Below are positions 13,374 through 26,500 of a stretch of 62,092 nucleotides of DNA, piece after piece. The notes under the pieces were generated by a model, which did not search any database, was not told the DNA's origin, and saw only the letters and a list, made by a program, of their open reading frames with translations. This DNA comes from Phoronis australis (lineage: Eukaryota; Animalia; Phoronida), in assembly GCA_002633005.1 (NCBI GenBank), contig NMRA01000914.1, positions 9,219 through 71,310 on the forward strand. Direction: 5' to 3'. Numbering within the stretch: the first letter of the stretch is position 1; every line of letters starts with the position of its first letter. Position numbers and translations under genes: made by a program.

Positions 13374-14705
13374 TAATTTTTTTCTAAAATCAGTTACCTA
13401 TGTTCATAAATGGCATGCATATTAAACAAATTGTGAGTCCTAACTATTAAAATTTAATTAATAACTTTTTGTTACACAATCCTATTTGCTTTTCATCAAA
13501 TTCAGGTGAAATCAGCAGCCAAATTCTCGATACATGCCAGCAGCAGACGAAATCGATGCTTGGGAACAACTCATAATACCTCCAATAGCAGAGAAAAAAG
13601 CCACTTCCTGCCCAATTTTATTAAGGGTTTGTGTAATGAATAAGTCAATAACTCCACCAGAGTAACATATTTTTCTAACAAATATTATTTCTGATACGTC
13701 AAATGAATATATTTTATAGAAAAATAATTGAGTTTGTGAAATTTATTATGAAAATTTACCTAAAGCCTTTTCTGAAAAACACACCAACTTTTTGTTATAT
13801 AATCTAAAATGTGATTAAAATTCCACATTTAGTATCTAAATCTTAAAAACAAATTATAGAAACAATCCACTCATTAACCCTGACTGCAGATTGTAAAGTG
13901 TTTTGTGTAAATGCGTATCAGGTTACAAACAAAGTTGGCAGAACGTAAATGCGGTAAATTGGGGTTTGTGAATTGGCAGCCATTTTGGCGGCCATTTTGT
14001 CAGCCATCTTGATTTTTTTCGCAAACCAGTGACCAACTGTAAGATCCAGATATTTTCAATTGTCTAACATACAAAAGAATAAAACTTTTGCCATTTTCAG
14101 GGCAAAATATAAAAAGAAATCTTGCAACATGTTCCAAATTGCCGTTTCGGCCGCCATTTTGTCCGCCATATTGGTTTTATTTTACGGAAAATTGGCATCT
14201 TTTGATTGGTATGCCTGTTATGAAAAGTATATAATCAATAACAAACTTAATTGTTTTATTTTTAGCTGTTACATAAGAGTAATATGCCAGAAAACAGTAA
14301 ACACCAGTTTTGTCGGCCATTTTTTCCGCCATCTTGAAAAACCGACTTCCGCCACTCCGACTTCGGTAGATTTTTTTTCTGACACCAAGGGATGATTGAA
14401 GATGCCATTTATGCAAAAAAACCTTCTGTTGCAATTTTTTCTAGGTTGGGCCCTCTGGAGCCCCAGAATGACTGGACTAGAAAGCATAGATTCGTGCCAC
14501 GGTATTCCATGGTCATTTGGTTTACATTACAAATTATTGGAATTCTTCGTACCGCGTATCAGCCAATCGTAGGAGACAGATATCATTTGTCGTACAATAA
14601 TATATGGTACTTTACAGGAGGATGCAATTATACAGGAGACGGTTTTCTATGCAAAAATCTAAAATTAGGGTCGCGTTCCGTAGACGCAAGACGTGGGTAG
14701 AGCTG

Positions 14706-14860
14706 CAGTGCTGTAGTGGGGCGTAGGCGCACGTAGGCGCAGTCAACCACTTTTGGCATTTGATCGTAGCGCCTACACACCGTAAGATACGTTCAGTGCT
14801 CAAGGTGAGGCGGTGGGCTCTGAGCGCCTACTTACCTCTAATTTTACCACTACAGCACTG
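14706..14860. mobile_element. hAT-type MITE, 155 bp
   Basis: Perfect 14-bp TIR CAGTGCTGTAGTGG / CCACTACAGCACTG; perfect 8-bp TSD TAGAGCTG (14698-14705, 14861-14868). Confidence 0.9.
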
Positions 14861-15630
14861 TAGAGCTGGGCCCAGTTGCATAAAAGGTATGCGCCATATA
14901 GCAACAACGACGTCACATTATCTCGCGTCACGTTGTTATTGCCGAAAAATGCACCTAACGTCATGCAACAATCAAACTTATCCAGGGGATAACTTTTGGA
15001 GCTTTATGCAACTCAGGTGTGTTCATGGGCTTCTCTCGTAGATCATCTAAGAGACGTCCGTGAACTCGCTTTTTTGCAAGAAACTTTCTCTAAGAAACGC
15101 AACAGTGGACCAACGGTTTCTAGCCCATTCTAACATTGCCTCTAAATAGTTATTGGGCCAGATTAAACGGGTTAACCACCTATTGCTTCAGGTCAGCAAG
15201 ACTTCTACCGTGTTCAAGAACATTTTAATTTGTCCTTTTTGTTAGAAAACCGGACGACTCGTAGCAGAGATCACAATTTCGTATTTTCTTACAACCACCA
15301 TCTTCTTATAGGGTTGCCACTCCTCCACCTAAATTTCTAAACTCAGGTAAATAATACCGTCTTCATAATTTTTCTTTGGACTGAACAAGTAAACAATGCT
15401 AAAGCAGTTTAACTGACGACAAGTCACCGTTATTTATCACGCCTGTGGACCACTGCACACTGCTGTGTTTAATCTGCAGTGGGTTTGTTGATAGCCATTG
15501 GATATCTGCTTTGAGGACAGTAAAATAGTCAAACACAAGTCATTTATTTGCATGATAACATCACATGTTTGCTGTTGCTTTAACAAAGGCATTCCTGGAA
15601 GGCAATTGAACGGATTATCGGTGTACTCAC

Positions 15631-15682
15631 CCTTCAAGACTGTTGAAAAGAAGTAAAATGCGATAGCTGTCGTAGCTTGCAT
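15631..15682 (-). CDS. Ig-superfamily protein exon 1 (signal peptide)
   Basis: ATG...MQATTAIAFYFFSTVLK G|gtgagt: 52 nt, phase 1, perfect donor. Splicing to 8049 gives MQATTAIAFYFFSTVLKAFGVES-LTV, a plausible cleavable signal peptide. Confidence 0.7.
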
Positions 15683-17295
15683 ATTTGCTCCTTTTGTGCC
15701 AGTCTGCTTACGTTCGACGGGATGTGATTAAAACTTCTTCAACCTAAAGAAATAACTGATTGCTGAGGACTGTTAGTGATCAGACCAGTGTCATACATGA
15801 TGGCAAGTTGAACTGTTTTTCAACTTTATTTTAAAACCTCGTGCAGCGCCATCAATTTAAAAACGTTTGTTTTGTTTCATATCTTGCAATGCCACCCTTT
15901 GTTTTGACTTTTAAATACGGCAAGATGCCGTTTGTAGTTACAAACGACAAACCATGAACCAAATGGCGTCATTCTCGATTGCTTATTTGATTTTTTCAAG
16001 TTTTGATTTAGCCATGACACAAATAAAGCTGCGTGGATCTTTACTTACTGCTTCATTAACGCTTGATTTACTGCATGGTGACCACATGCGGAATTGTTTC
16101 TTTTTCTCTCCTGCATGGAGGGAGTGGGAAACCAAAGTTTACGATTCCATCTTACTGTACTTCTCTTAAAAACCAATACCATCATTGCAAACACACTTCA
16201 ATATTGCGTTACAACCCGGAAATGACGTTAGTCCTCGGTCATACATCAGGCGATGTTCCTCCAGCAGATCTAGTTCTTATATGGATCCTTATAGCATGCA
16301 TGATGGACAACTTTTAATCGTATCAGTGGAGCGATTGATAATTTGTGACACCGACGTCCCCGTTGCTCCCAGTGGATGCGTTCAGTATGACGTCATTTTG
16401 ACGTTTAAGACGCAGCCAAATAAATGCGAAAACCAAAAAGAATAGTAATAATAATAGTAACTAGGGTATATTTTACATAGCGTATCCGCTCTTCAGTAGT
16501 TTTGTCCCAGTAAAATATCCCTGCCGTTTGTATAACCCCCATTTGTAGGGAGTCTGACAGTAACAAACACACATTTGGGCGGCACGTCTCATCTACCTGT
16601 CACACGGGGTAGCTCCGAGGTTGAATTATTAGTAGGCCACTGTGCTTGCACAGTGAAACAGAAAGAAAAAACAACATGAATTGGGAAGAGGTAATATTTA
16701 ATCACACAATACGTTATTTCGGGAATGTTGCAAGCATAATTAATTATTACTATGATAATCAGAGTTTAATATGTCTTATAACATCAAAGACAGATAATAT
16801 ACACTCTAAGAATGGGAATGACTAAAACTCTGCAGTTTCGTAATAGTTTACAGTGCAACTATACACTATATTACAACACACTTCAAAGTATTTTAACCTC
16901 ATCACTTACCGCACGTATTTTCTCACTGGGCGTGAACTCAGGGTGTATATTAGTCGTTATCGGGGCTTAGTCCCTTATCAGCATACATGGGACTGCTGAG
17001 ACCTGATAAGCTAAAAGGGACGTACAAAAAGTAACTCATTACTTACAATAAAACAATCGTACGGCGTTTGAAGATTAAACTCCACACACCGCTAATAAGG
17101 TGAAGCCGAACTCGTGAACTTCGAACTGAAATAAGCGACAATGAATCACCCGTTGAAACAACCACTATAATCTGGCAAAAGCACAAGGATGCTAACTAAT
17201 GCCATATATTAAAAGTGGAAGGCAAATGGGTCCACCCTAAAACACGACCCTAAACCATGGTTTTTAAAGATGGTGTTGCTTGATGCAGTATGAGA

Positions 17296-18182
17296 AGGAT
17301 TGTTCTAAAACCCCCGCGACCCCCTCGACCCCGTCTACCCACTACCCCCTCGAACCACGACCCACAACCCCTTCGTCTTCGACCCAGTCCTCACAAGCTC
17401 GACTCGATCTGAACACAGAACGTGCGCTGACTTGCAAGACCAATGAGACGGACCATGAGTTCGGCTGGATTTCCCCTGTTGTTTGCAATTAAGGAAGTCG
17501 ATTCGACAAGTTTGAAAGCCAAAACAAGAAAAAACAATGCGACCAAATCAAATCAAATCAAAGACCTACCGACGTTACAAATATCGTTCCCGACAGTGTA
17601 ATCGTCTCGTCTGCTCTTCAGTGAATGACAGATTCAACCTTTTTGCGGAGTGGTGACGAGGAACTGACAAAACTGTAATTTCAACTGTAAATACAGTTTG
17701 GAAAACAAACTGTTTAACTAAATAGTATTTCAACGTTATATGGAGTATATTGTAAACGAGTATAGAACAGAAAGCAAATAATAAAAATGTGAAATTATGT
17801 ACATTCACATTAGCGGACTCTCTCCCTACGTTTAGCAGAACTGGGCTATTGGTAGCCGCTCTATTTCCGTATCAACGATAGCGCACTCACAATGCGCTAT
17901 TTCAGATCACGTTCTCACGCCACTTTTTGTTTTTAATCACCAGACTTGAGCCAGAGCAGACTGGCGTATACGTACGTCTTGTGGGAAAGTTACCCAGGGG
18001 CGTACGCTAATAACATTATGAAATATCTAAAAAGCGCAAAAATACCTCTATTGCCACAGGTAGTGGGTAAAGAGCGTTGTGGGTCGTGGTGGTCGTGGGT
18101 AGAGGGCGTTGTGGGTCGAGGGGGTCTTGGGTCGAGGGGGATCGACGGGTGTGGGTGTCGAGGGGGACTTTGAATAATCCCT
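17296..18182. mobile_element. Foldback/MITE-like element with repetitive C-rich and G-rich inverted arms
   Basis: Left arm AGGATTGTTCTAAAACCCCCGCGACCCCCTCGACCCC...CCACGACCCACAAC mirrored by GTTGTGGGTCGTGG...GTCGAGGGGGACTTTGAATAATCCCT; no clear TSD. Confidence 0.6.
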
Positions 18183-19060
18183 TTAAGACTGTGTAATCTA
18201 AACGAACAACGTAGCTCCCTGGAATGCATGTTCATTCTGTAGGCACAAACGCAAAGTCACGCAAATTTTCGCGATACACTGGCAGGCCGTACATACATGT
18301 ATGAAGCCCTTTTCTAGCGAATGACTTTCGTCTATGGAACGCAACCCTACTGACGAGTGCTGAAGCTGTACCGGACCATGAAAAGAATGCTACGTTGACA
18401 CCTCATCCGGTCGAGATTGTTCAACTCAACCGCTTTGCGCACCACAGAATTTGGCGGTTCAAATCAACGACACCATGCTGTTGTGGTTGATTAAATCGCC
18501 CCAGGGTGCTGGTGTTATCATTTTCTAGATAATGTAACTACCATAAACACATTAAGAGCGACAATACTATTTTCATATTTTCGTTTTTGTATTTTTTAAA
18601 TAGCGTATAAGAATAGTTCTTGAAAAGCACACGTGATTAGGTTTTCGAATTTTGAAAATTGGACAAGGAATGGGGCTTTTACAAACTAAAATGTTTAGTT
18701 AATGTTGCAATGATATGTTTCTCAGTAATTCATCTGGGTGTGAAACATAATTGGACCAATTACCACACAACCAGGCATCAGTTAGAATTTTAGGAAAGTC
18801 AAGTATCTTCGTACAACTCTTGGCATGGACGCATTCATGAATGAAGGAAAACAAACCGCTTGGCATCTGTTATTTAATCATGTTATTTTTGTGTCTTAAG
18901 GTAAAAATATTAAAGTATGTCACTGAATAAATAGTTCTTGGCATTAAATCACTGTTTTGTTCGAACCAAGTTTCCCAGATCAACTGGTTGTTTGTTTATG
19001 TGCCAGCCGCTAGACGGAAAAGTGTCGAGAATTCAGCCATGTTTGATCAGCGTTAACAAA

Positions 19061-20672
19061 TGGTAACAGAGCTGTTTTAGCAACCGTAAATCCAACGGGT
19101 GCTTTTTCTACTAAGTCAACCAGAATAAACAATCCAGAATACCATTCAAGTAAGTGCTATGAGTGTTACAGACAAGAACTGCTAGCCTGGAATGAGGACA
19201 CGGGACGTAGCAGCGGGTAGCGTGGCACAGCAGTGGCGTTGTCCTTGCCAGAGGATGCAAATGGTATTAGCGAACACGTACGTGTTTGATGGAGTCTCTT
19301 TGGACGACCTAAAGCGTGATGACGGACTGGGGAAACTTATTGCGTACTTTGATATTAAGGTGGGATAAGACGACTTGGCGGACAGTTTGAAATTTTTCAG
19401 GAATGCGCTCGTGCTGACTGGACAGGCAATTTCTAAGTTCCTATCTGTGCACGATCAGTTCTAAATATAATACAATCGTATTGTAAAAACGGGAATATCA
19501 TTGTCATCGGGGATTTTTGGCATTTACACTCTTACGCAAAGCAAATATCACGAGAGGAAGAACTTATTATGAACAGGAATGGACTACAGTGAGCGGTCGA
19601 CATTATAAGAACAGGCAAACCCTCGTTGAAAAAGTTCAAGGTGATCCCGGTAGCGCGGAAAACGGCAAAAACTCGGAATTGGGTATTAAACTTGAGCCGG
19701 CGTTTTCGGATGAACACAAGGATGTTCTCCTCGCTGCAGGTTATGTCAGAAGAAGTTCTTGGCGTGGTGGCGGAAAACAACATATCAACAGTGCAGGGCG
19801 TCTAATGGTGGTCGCAGATATGTAACCGCTGAGACCAGGGGTGTGAACGACAAACCTTTGAATCCCATTGGGTCTAATGGCAAACGCTTGACCTGCTTGT
19901 CTTGTGGGTCATATGGTGTCCAAATAGTTGGGAAAACAACAGGGGTCAAACAGGGAGAGCACGCGGTGGTTTTTACGGGTGAACAGAAATCCAACTTAAC
20001 AGAATTGATGCAGGAGGCTCACAATTCAGTTGTGTTGTCATAGTGCATGATCTAGTAGAGCGTGTGGTCAAAATTGGTTAGATGATTACCTAGATTCCCT
20101 TTGTGAGTCTGACTTTCGGAAGTTTAAAGGATACCCAGGTGTGAAGGTGTTTTAGTTTGGTAACTGCAACAGTCTTCCCTCGGTTACTAGTTTAGAGATC
20201 CCTGCCGTGCTGGCAGGGGAAGGTGTTGCTGGTAGCTGTTGTGGTTGATTCAGAGATACCTCTGCTCCTGTCAAAGCAGGCTGTGAAAACGGCCAAAGTC
20301 ATATTGGACCCGGAAAGTGATACAGCCGAAATTTTCGGAAAATTTATATTGCTGAATCAGACCACGTCTGGTCACTGCTGTGCGCCTATCGTGAAATCTG
20401 AGGTTGTGACAGATAATAAGGTTTTTGCTGTCAAGCTCGTTGATTTGCCGCCAGATGATTTCCGTAAAGCGATACTCAGATTACAAAGGCAGTTTGTCCA
20501 TCCCTTTACAAAGAAACTGACAGGTTTATTGAAAGCTGCAGACGTTTGGCATGACAATTTTGCGAATGATTTTGGCGAATGTTTGCTGTCAAATATGTGC
20601 AGTTCATGCTAAGACTACCCCCAGCCTGTTGTTGCATTGCCAAGGCCAAACGATTTTGATCAAAAGTTTTCT
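19061..20672 (+). mobile_element. Decayed Ty1/Copia-like (possibly GalEa-type) LTR retrotransposon, 5' part
   Basis: PBS-like TGGTAACAGAGC at 19061-19072 just after ...TAACA (possible LTR end at 19058). Gag zinc-knuckle remnant NPIGSNGKRLTCLSCGS; protease remnant VL[D]SA*SSRACGQNWLDDYL...VVDSEIPLLLSK; then directly an integrase-like LRLQRQFVHP..KKLTGLL (PR-INT order, no RT between). Many stops. Confidence 0.65.
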
Positions 20673-20808
20673 AAGTCAAAAGAAATGTAAAAATTTGTTT
20701 ATCTGCATCCTGAGTGTCAATTTCGTCGTTGTCTTCTTGGTCTAAAGCATCTAACTGAGACACAGGAATGTTGTTCTCGTCTGCAAGTGTGTTCGACGGC
20801 TTGAAAAG
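20673..20808 (-). pseudogene. Dead partial laccase exon (cassette C), paralog of exon B1 42535-42825
   Basis: AAGTCAAA...TCTGCATCCTGAGTGTCAA...GCATCTAACTGAGACACAGGAATGTTGTTCTC aligns with 42692-42825. Acceptor mutated (cag to caa) and the exon's 3' half is missing. Adjacent intron similarity continues to about 21450 (vs about 43470). Confidence 0.85.
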
Positions 20809-23513
20809 TTGCGAGTCAATGTCAGTTCTACATATACGTGTGAAATGAGAAGGAGGCGGTTTGGTTTTGGTATTATCTGTCAGAGGGGACTCAGCTTGTT
20901 AAGATACTCCAGGGTACATCTCATTTAAACTATGCCCCATTTGTCACTAACATAAACGATATGCCATCAAACATCGTCTGGTATACCGATGACAGTACAA
21001 TTTTTGTTGGAATAAATCTAGCCATACGGTAATGATACATTGGTTCTATCTCAGAGGTTAATTGACAACGAGGGTGACTTTGAATCCTGTATGTGGTTCT
21101 TTAGTCGTGGAAAGCAAAAATGTTACTGATCTTGATATTGTGGCTCAACAAAAAATTGTCACGTGTAGGCTTAAAAGAATTTTAAACAATCTCGAGTTCT
21201 ATTTAGACAGTGAACTCTCGAGGAATAGGCATATTTCTTACGCTCCTGGCAAGCTGTCGAGCAAAATAAGTAGACGAACGTTTTTTCGTTTAAAGCTGTA
21301 TTTCGCTCTGTTTAGCTGGCTAAGAACGACAATCAAATTAGGCCCGTTTCTTCCATGACATCAGTTTGTTAGCACTCCTTACCGTGACAGAATTGTTACC
21401 TCGGCCGTAAGCAACATAAGCATCAAAATCACCATTGACTTGAGGAATTGTTTCAGGGTCATTTCAACGTTAAAACATGATCCAGGCAAAATCATTCTTC
21501 AGGGATTAAAAATGTGACTGCTTCGCTGATAACCTGATAGCCGGAACCCAAAGGCAAATCTCTCGGTATATAGCCAGGGATTCCTGTAATTTGTTTTAAA
21601 CGTAGTACGTAGTTTTGAATAAAAGTAGAACGTATTTTTTTCAACTACGTCATTTATTCTACTGTTTCACGTTCTGGCTACAAAGATATTAGTTGTTAAC
21701 CATCCGAGTCCTATCTGTGATTTGTAAGGGTACGATGTCCTGGAATTGCCATTAACCGTCAAAGTCCGCCGTGATGACTGGGTTGCCTTAGGGAAAGACG
21801 GGATTCTTATGTGATGGACTGATTCAGCACGAAGGATGAACCCAGAAACGAAAAGGCCAGGTAAGAAATAAGAGGGGGTTGTGAAAGTAGCGTGTTAGTT
21901 TGGTTTAACAACACCCTATTAAAACTTGCACTGAATATCAACAACGTTAGCAACAGAGCAGAATGGAGATTGATCTAAACATTTCCAGGAGTTGAATCTG
22001 TTGTTTCAAGAACGAAATATAAATTTCAGTTGTCTATCGGACGTGCATTTACCTGGTCAATCTAGGATATCGCAGGAGGGGAGAAACCACAATTTTCGAG
22101 ATAGATATTTCTCAGCTGACACCGTTTCTTGACCGTCTCCTTGGGGGATGTTCCAACCCCTCAACCCTAAATCCACCAGTCATCATTTTAATGATCGACA
22201 TTTAAGTAAATATATTATAATTCTTAACATCTGACGGGCGGTACAGCATTGACGCTAATTCAGTAACGTGACGTAACATAATCTGTCTCTTCAATCACAT
22301 GTCAAGTACGTCTCTTGTCTATAGCCATGTCTCGTCCGCGCGTCATAATTTTGGGTCACTCTTTCAATCTGAAAGTCCGTTTTTTGTATCCCTCCATCCC
22401 GTCAGTAGTTTCAGTTCAATTTCTGGAAATCCTTCATAAACAATTACTTTCAATGAAAAGTTGCGAAAGTTTTATTTTATTTCGAAAAAATGTCGGTGCC
22501 ACAAAAGAGAGAGACCGCCATTAATAGATAGTGCCTATTCTTAGCCTACATGTATCCAATATCCAATATACCAGTATAGTCAAAAAAGCCAGTCTAGACG
22601 TTTTTGCTGGATTGCGTTTTGACGTAGACCCGAATGTCCCGTTTTTATCTAAAATCCTCGACTTGATAGGCTGGAAATGTTTTAAATCATTGAAATTATT
22701 TCTCTACTGGTTAAATTAGTCATTTGTATAACCTCTCTGGTTCATTTTCTTTTTAATTTTGCTATTACACCATGTTATTTTACACTTTGGTAGCACCGTT
22801 GGCTTTTAGAATTAAAAAATAAACCTGTGAGGCATGAGAAAATACAATTTTTTATAAATTAAATTAAATTGTTTATCCTCTGTTTCTGCTATAATCATAC
22901 AATATCAGGAACTGGTGGAGGGTCTCTAATGGTACTACTCTTGCGCAATTCGGTTGGAAAAGGTGGAGTTGCAAAAAAATTTAGTGACATTTATTTCCGA
23001 AGGAATAACCAACACCGGAGGAAACGAATGCAAACAAATGTCAGGCATGCGCGGAGCAACGTCAGCAGCGAAGTTGGCATTCCAGGGTTAGAATTCTGCG
23101 CTTGCGCGAATTTGGTATCATGCTTGAAAACGAGGTGTTGTGTCCATACCACAATGGTTCCGGTGCTTGGAACACGTGCACTTTTAAGTTTGCGTTGTTA
23201 AAATTTATGCTAAAACGAAGCATTGTGTCTTGAACAACAATGTAAAACAATCATTTTTGTAAAGCCACAAAAGTGTGTAAGTAGTGATGAGCAACCACAC
23301 CTTGGCTAGGAAAATCAATAACTGTAAACTGATCTGTCACGTATTACTGAGCTTCATTAGACCAATCCCACTAAAACTTTTGCTGGCAATGATCTATCTC
23401 TTGGTAACCTAGAAATAAACAAGTTAAAAGTTACGCCCTAACACGTATATCGGAATGATTAATCACTGATTGCTACGTGAACGACGGCGACAGTACCAAG
23501 AAATCAAGTGAAA

Positions 23514-26500
23514 ATGTTGGGACGTGAAACAGTTTTGCTCCTAATATTTCTTGCGGTAGTCCTAGAAGATGCACTTGTTCTGCCATTGGACACTAACAAC
23601 ACTAACTCCTCATCTGCGGGAAATACGTCCACCAGTGCCACATCGCCCGGTGGCCCATGCTTTCACCTGGGAAGGTACTACAAAGACCAAGAGACGGTAA
23701 ATGTAATTAACTGCACTCGAACGTTTTGTCAACGAGGTTCCATAGTATCAAAGAAAATTTCTGACTGCACAAATTTACCAAAAGGAAATACCACAGCCGC
23801 TCCCGAAGGATCTTGTATCTACAACGGGCGTCAATACCTGCACCTGGAGACCATCAATATCACACAATGCATACGAACATGGTGCTATAGAGGTCAGGTT
23901 TTGAAAAACACAATATTTACTTGCACAAATACTACACAAACAACAACTCCACAAACAACTACTATTGACAGCAACAGTTGTGTCTACAAGGGGCACCGAT
24001 ACAAGAACATGGAGACAACCATAGTAGACTGGTGTATCGAAATATATTGTCATAGAGGTCATGCTTTTGTATATGAACGGATACCTGGATGTAGTCTCAC
24101 TTCAACAACGACTAGCACAACTATTGTTCCAGGGTCTTGTATCTACAATGGGCATCAATATATGGACGGTGAGCTGATCAGTGTAGGAAACTGTGTCCAA
24201 ACATGGTGTCATCAAGGTCACGTTTTAGAAGATGAAATACCTGACTGCACTACAAATCCACAAACGACTGCCAATACCGCTCCTGAGGGATCTTGTATCT
24301 ACAACGGGCTACGATATATGGACGGCGAGCTCATCAGACTAAGAAACTGCATCCGAACATGGTGTCATGGAGGCCATGTTCTAGAAGAAAAAATACCTTA
24401 CTGCACAACTCCGCAAATGTCTACCACATCCCACCCCGAAGGATTTTGTATGTACAAAGGGGGTCAATACATGAACGGTGAAGTTATCAGTGTAACCAAA
24501 TGTATCAGAACGTGGTGTCACCGAGGTCACGTTCTAAAAGATGAAATACTTGACTGCACAACAACTACACAAACAACAACTCCACCAACAACTACTATTG
24601 ACCCCAACAGTTGTGTCTACAAGGGGCACCGATACAAGCACATGGAGACAACCATAGTAGACCGGTGTATCAAAATATATTGTCATAGAGGTCACGCTTA
24701 TGTATATGAACGGATACCTGGATGTAGTCTCACTTCAACAACGACTAGCACAACTATTTTTCCAGGGTCTTGTATCTACAATGGGCATCAATATATGCAC
24801 GCTGAGGTAATCAGTGTACGAAACTGTATCCGAACATGGTGTCATCAAGGTCACGTTATAGAAGATGAAAATCCTGACTGCACAACAACTCCACTTATAA
24901 AAACAACATCCGATCCTCACGGATCGTGCATCTACAATGGTCGTCGATATATGGACGGTGAGGTAATCATTGTGCAAAACTGTATCCAAACATGGTGCCA
25001 CCGAGGCCACATTTTAAAAGATAAAATAGCTGACTGCACAACAACTCCACGAATGACTACCACATCCCCGGTTGATGGATCTTGTGTCTACAAAGGCCGT
25101 CGATATATGGACGGTGAGGAAATCAGTGTACGAAACTGTATCAGAATATGGTGCCACCGAGGTCGCATTTTCAAAGATAAAATAGCTGACTGCACAACAA
25201 CTCCACAAATGACTACCACATCCCCTGTTGATGGATCTTGTGTCTACAAAGACCGTCGATATATGGACGGTGAGGAAATCAGTGTGCGAAACTGTATCCG
25301 AACATGGTGCCACCGAGGGCACATTTTAAAAGATAAAATAGCTGACTGCACAACGACTCCACAAATGACTACCACAACTGCTCCTGTAGGATCTTGTTTC
25401 TATCAAGGGCGTCGATATATGCACCAGGAGGTAATAAGTGAAAAAAATTGCATCCGTATATGGTGTCACCGAGGTCACGTTTTAAAAGATAAAATACCTG
25501 GCTGCACAACTACTCCACAAATGACTACCACATCCGAACCTATAGGATCTTGTGTCTACAAAGGCCGTCGATATATGGACGGTGAGGAAATCAGTGTACG
25601 AAACTGTATCCGAATATGGTGCCACCGAGGTCGCATTTTTAAAGATAAAATAGCTGACTGCACAACAACTCCACAAATGACTACCACATCCCCTGTTGAT
25701 GGATCTTGTGTCTACAAAGGCCGTCGATATATGGACGGTGAAGAAATCAGTGTGCGAAACTGTATCCGAACATGGTGCCACCGAGGTTACGTTCTAAAAG
25801 ATGAAATACCTGGTTGCACAACTACTTCACAAATGACTACCACATCCGCTCTTGAAGGATCTTGTGCCTACAAAGGCCGTCGATATATGCACCAGGAGGT
25901 AATCAGTGTACGAAACTGTATCCGAACATGGTGCCATCGAGGTTATATTTTAAACGATGAAATACCTGGTTGCACAACTACTCCACAAATGACTACCACA
26001 TCCCCTCCAGTGGGATCTTGCATGTACAATGGGCGTCGATATATGCACCAGGAGCTAATCACCGAAAAGGATTGTGTACAGACATGGTGCAATCTAGGAT
26101 ACGTTGTTACAGTGCCGATTTCTGACTGTACAACTACGCTTTTACCTTCGCTGTCAAGTACGGGTCGACTTGGTTGTTATTTTCAAGGTCAGTGGTACGC
26201 CCTAGGCGAGATGATCATAGAGGAAAAATGTTCTTACTTTAAATGTGATTATTCTGGCTACGTTCTTGCTTACGATAATTTTAACTGTATGGACAGCACA
26301 ACTGTGACAACATCTACCGCCCCTGTAGTAACCACATCCGCTCCTGTAGGATCTTGTTTCTACCAAGGGCGTCGATATATGCACCAGGAGGTAATAAGTG
26401 AAAAAAATTGCATCCGTATATGGTGCCACCGAGGTCACGTTTTAAAAGATGAAATACCTGGCTGCACAACTACTCCACAAATGACTACCACATCCGCTCC

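Larger units (their letters stand above)
9402..14479 (-). mobile_element. Decayed Academ-type DNA transposon in intron 1 of the Ig gene
   Basis: TIRs of about 160-170 bp (TAGTCCAGTCATTCT...GAAAAAATTGCAACAGAAGG...AAGATGGCGG; inverse at about 14308-14479); TAG...CTA termini; 3-bp TSD GAA (9399-9401, 14480-14482); internal transposase/nuclease remnants. Confidence 0.85.

Noticed and set aside
18690-19058. 5' LTR of the Copia-like element
   Set aside because: The end (TAACA before the PBS) is plausible, but there is no second LTR to define its start or TSD.
23775-26438. Antisense ORFs over the repeat-protein gene
   Set aside because: Shadows of the repetitive sense ORF; no independent coding signal.
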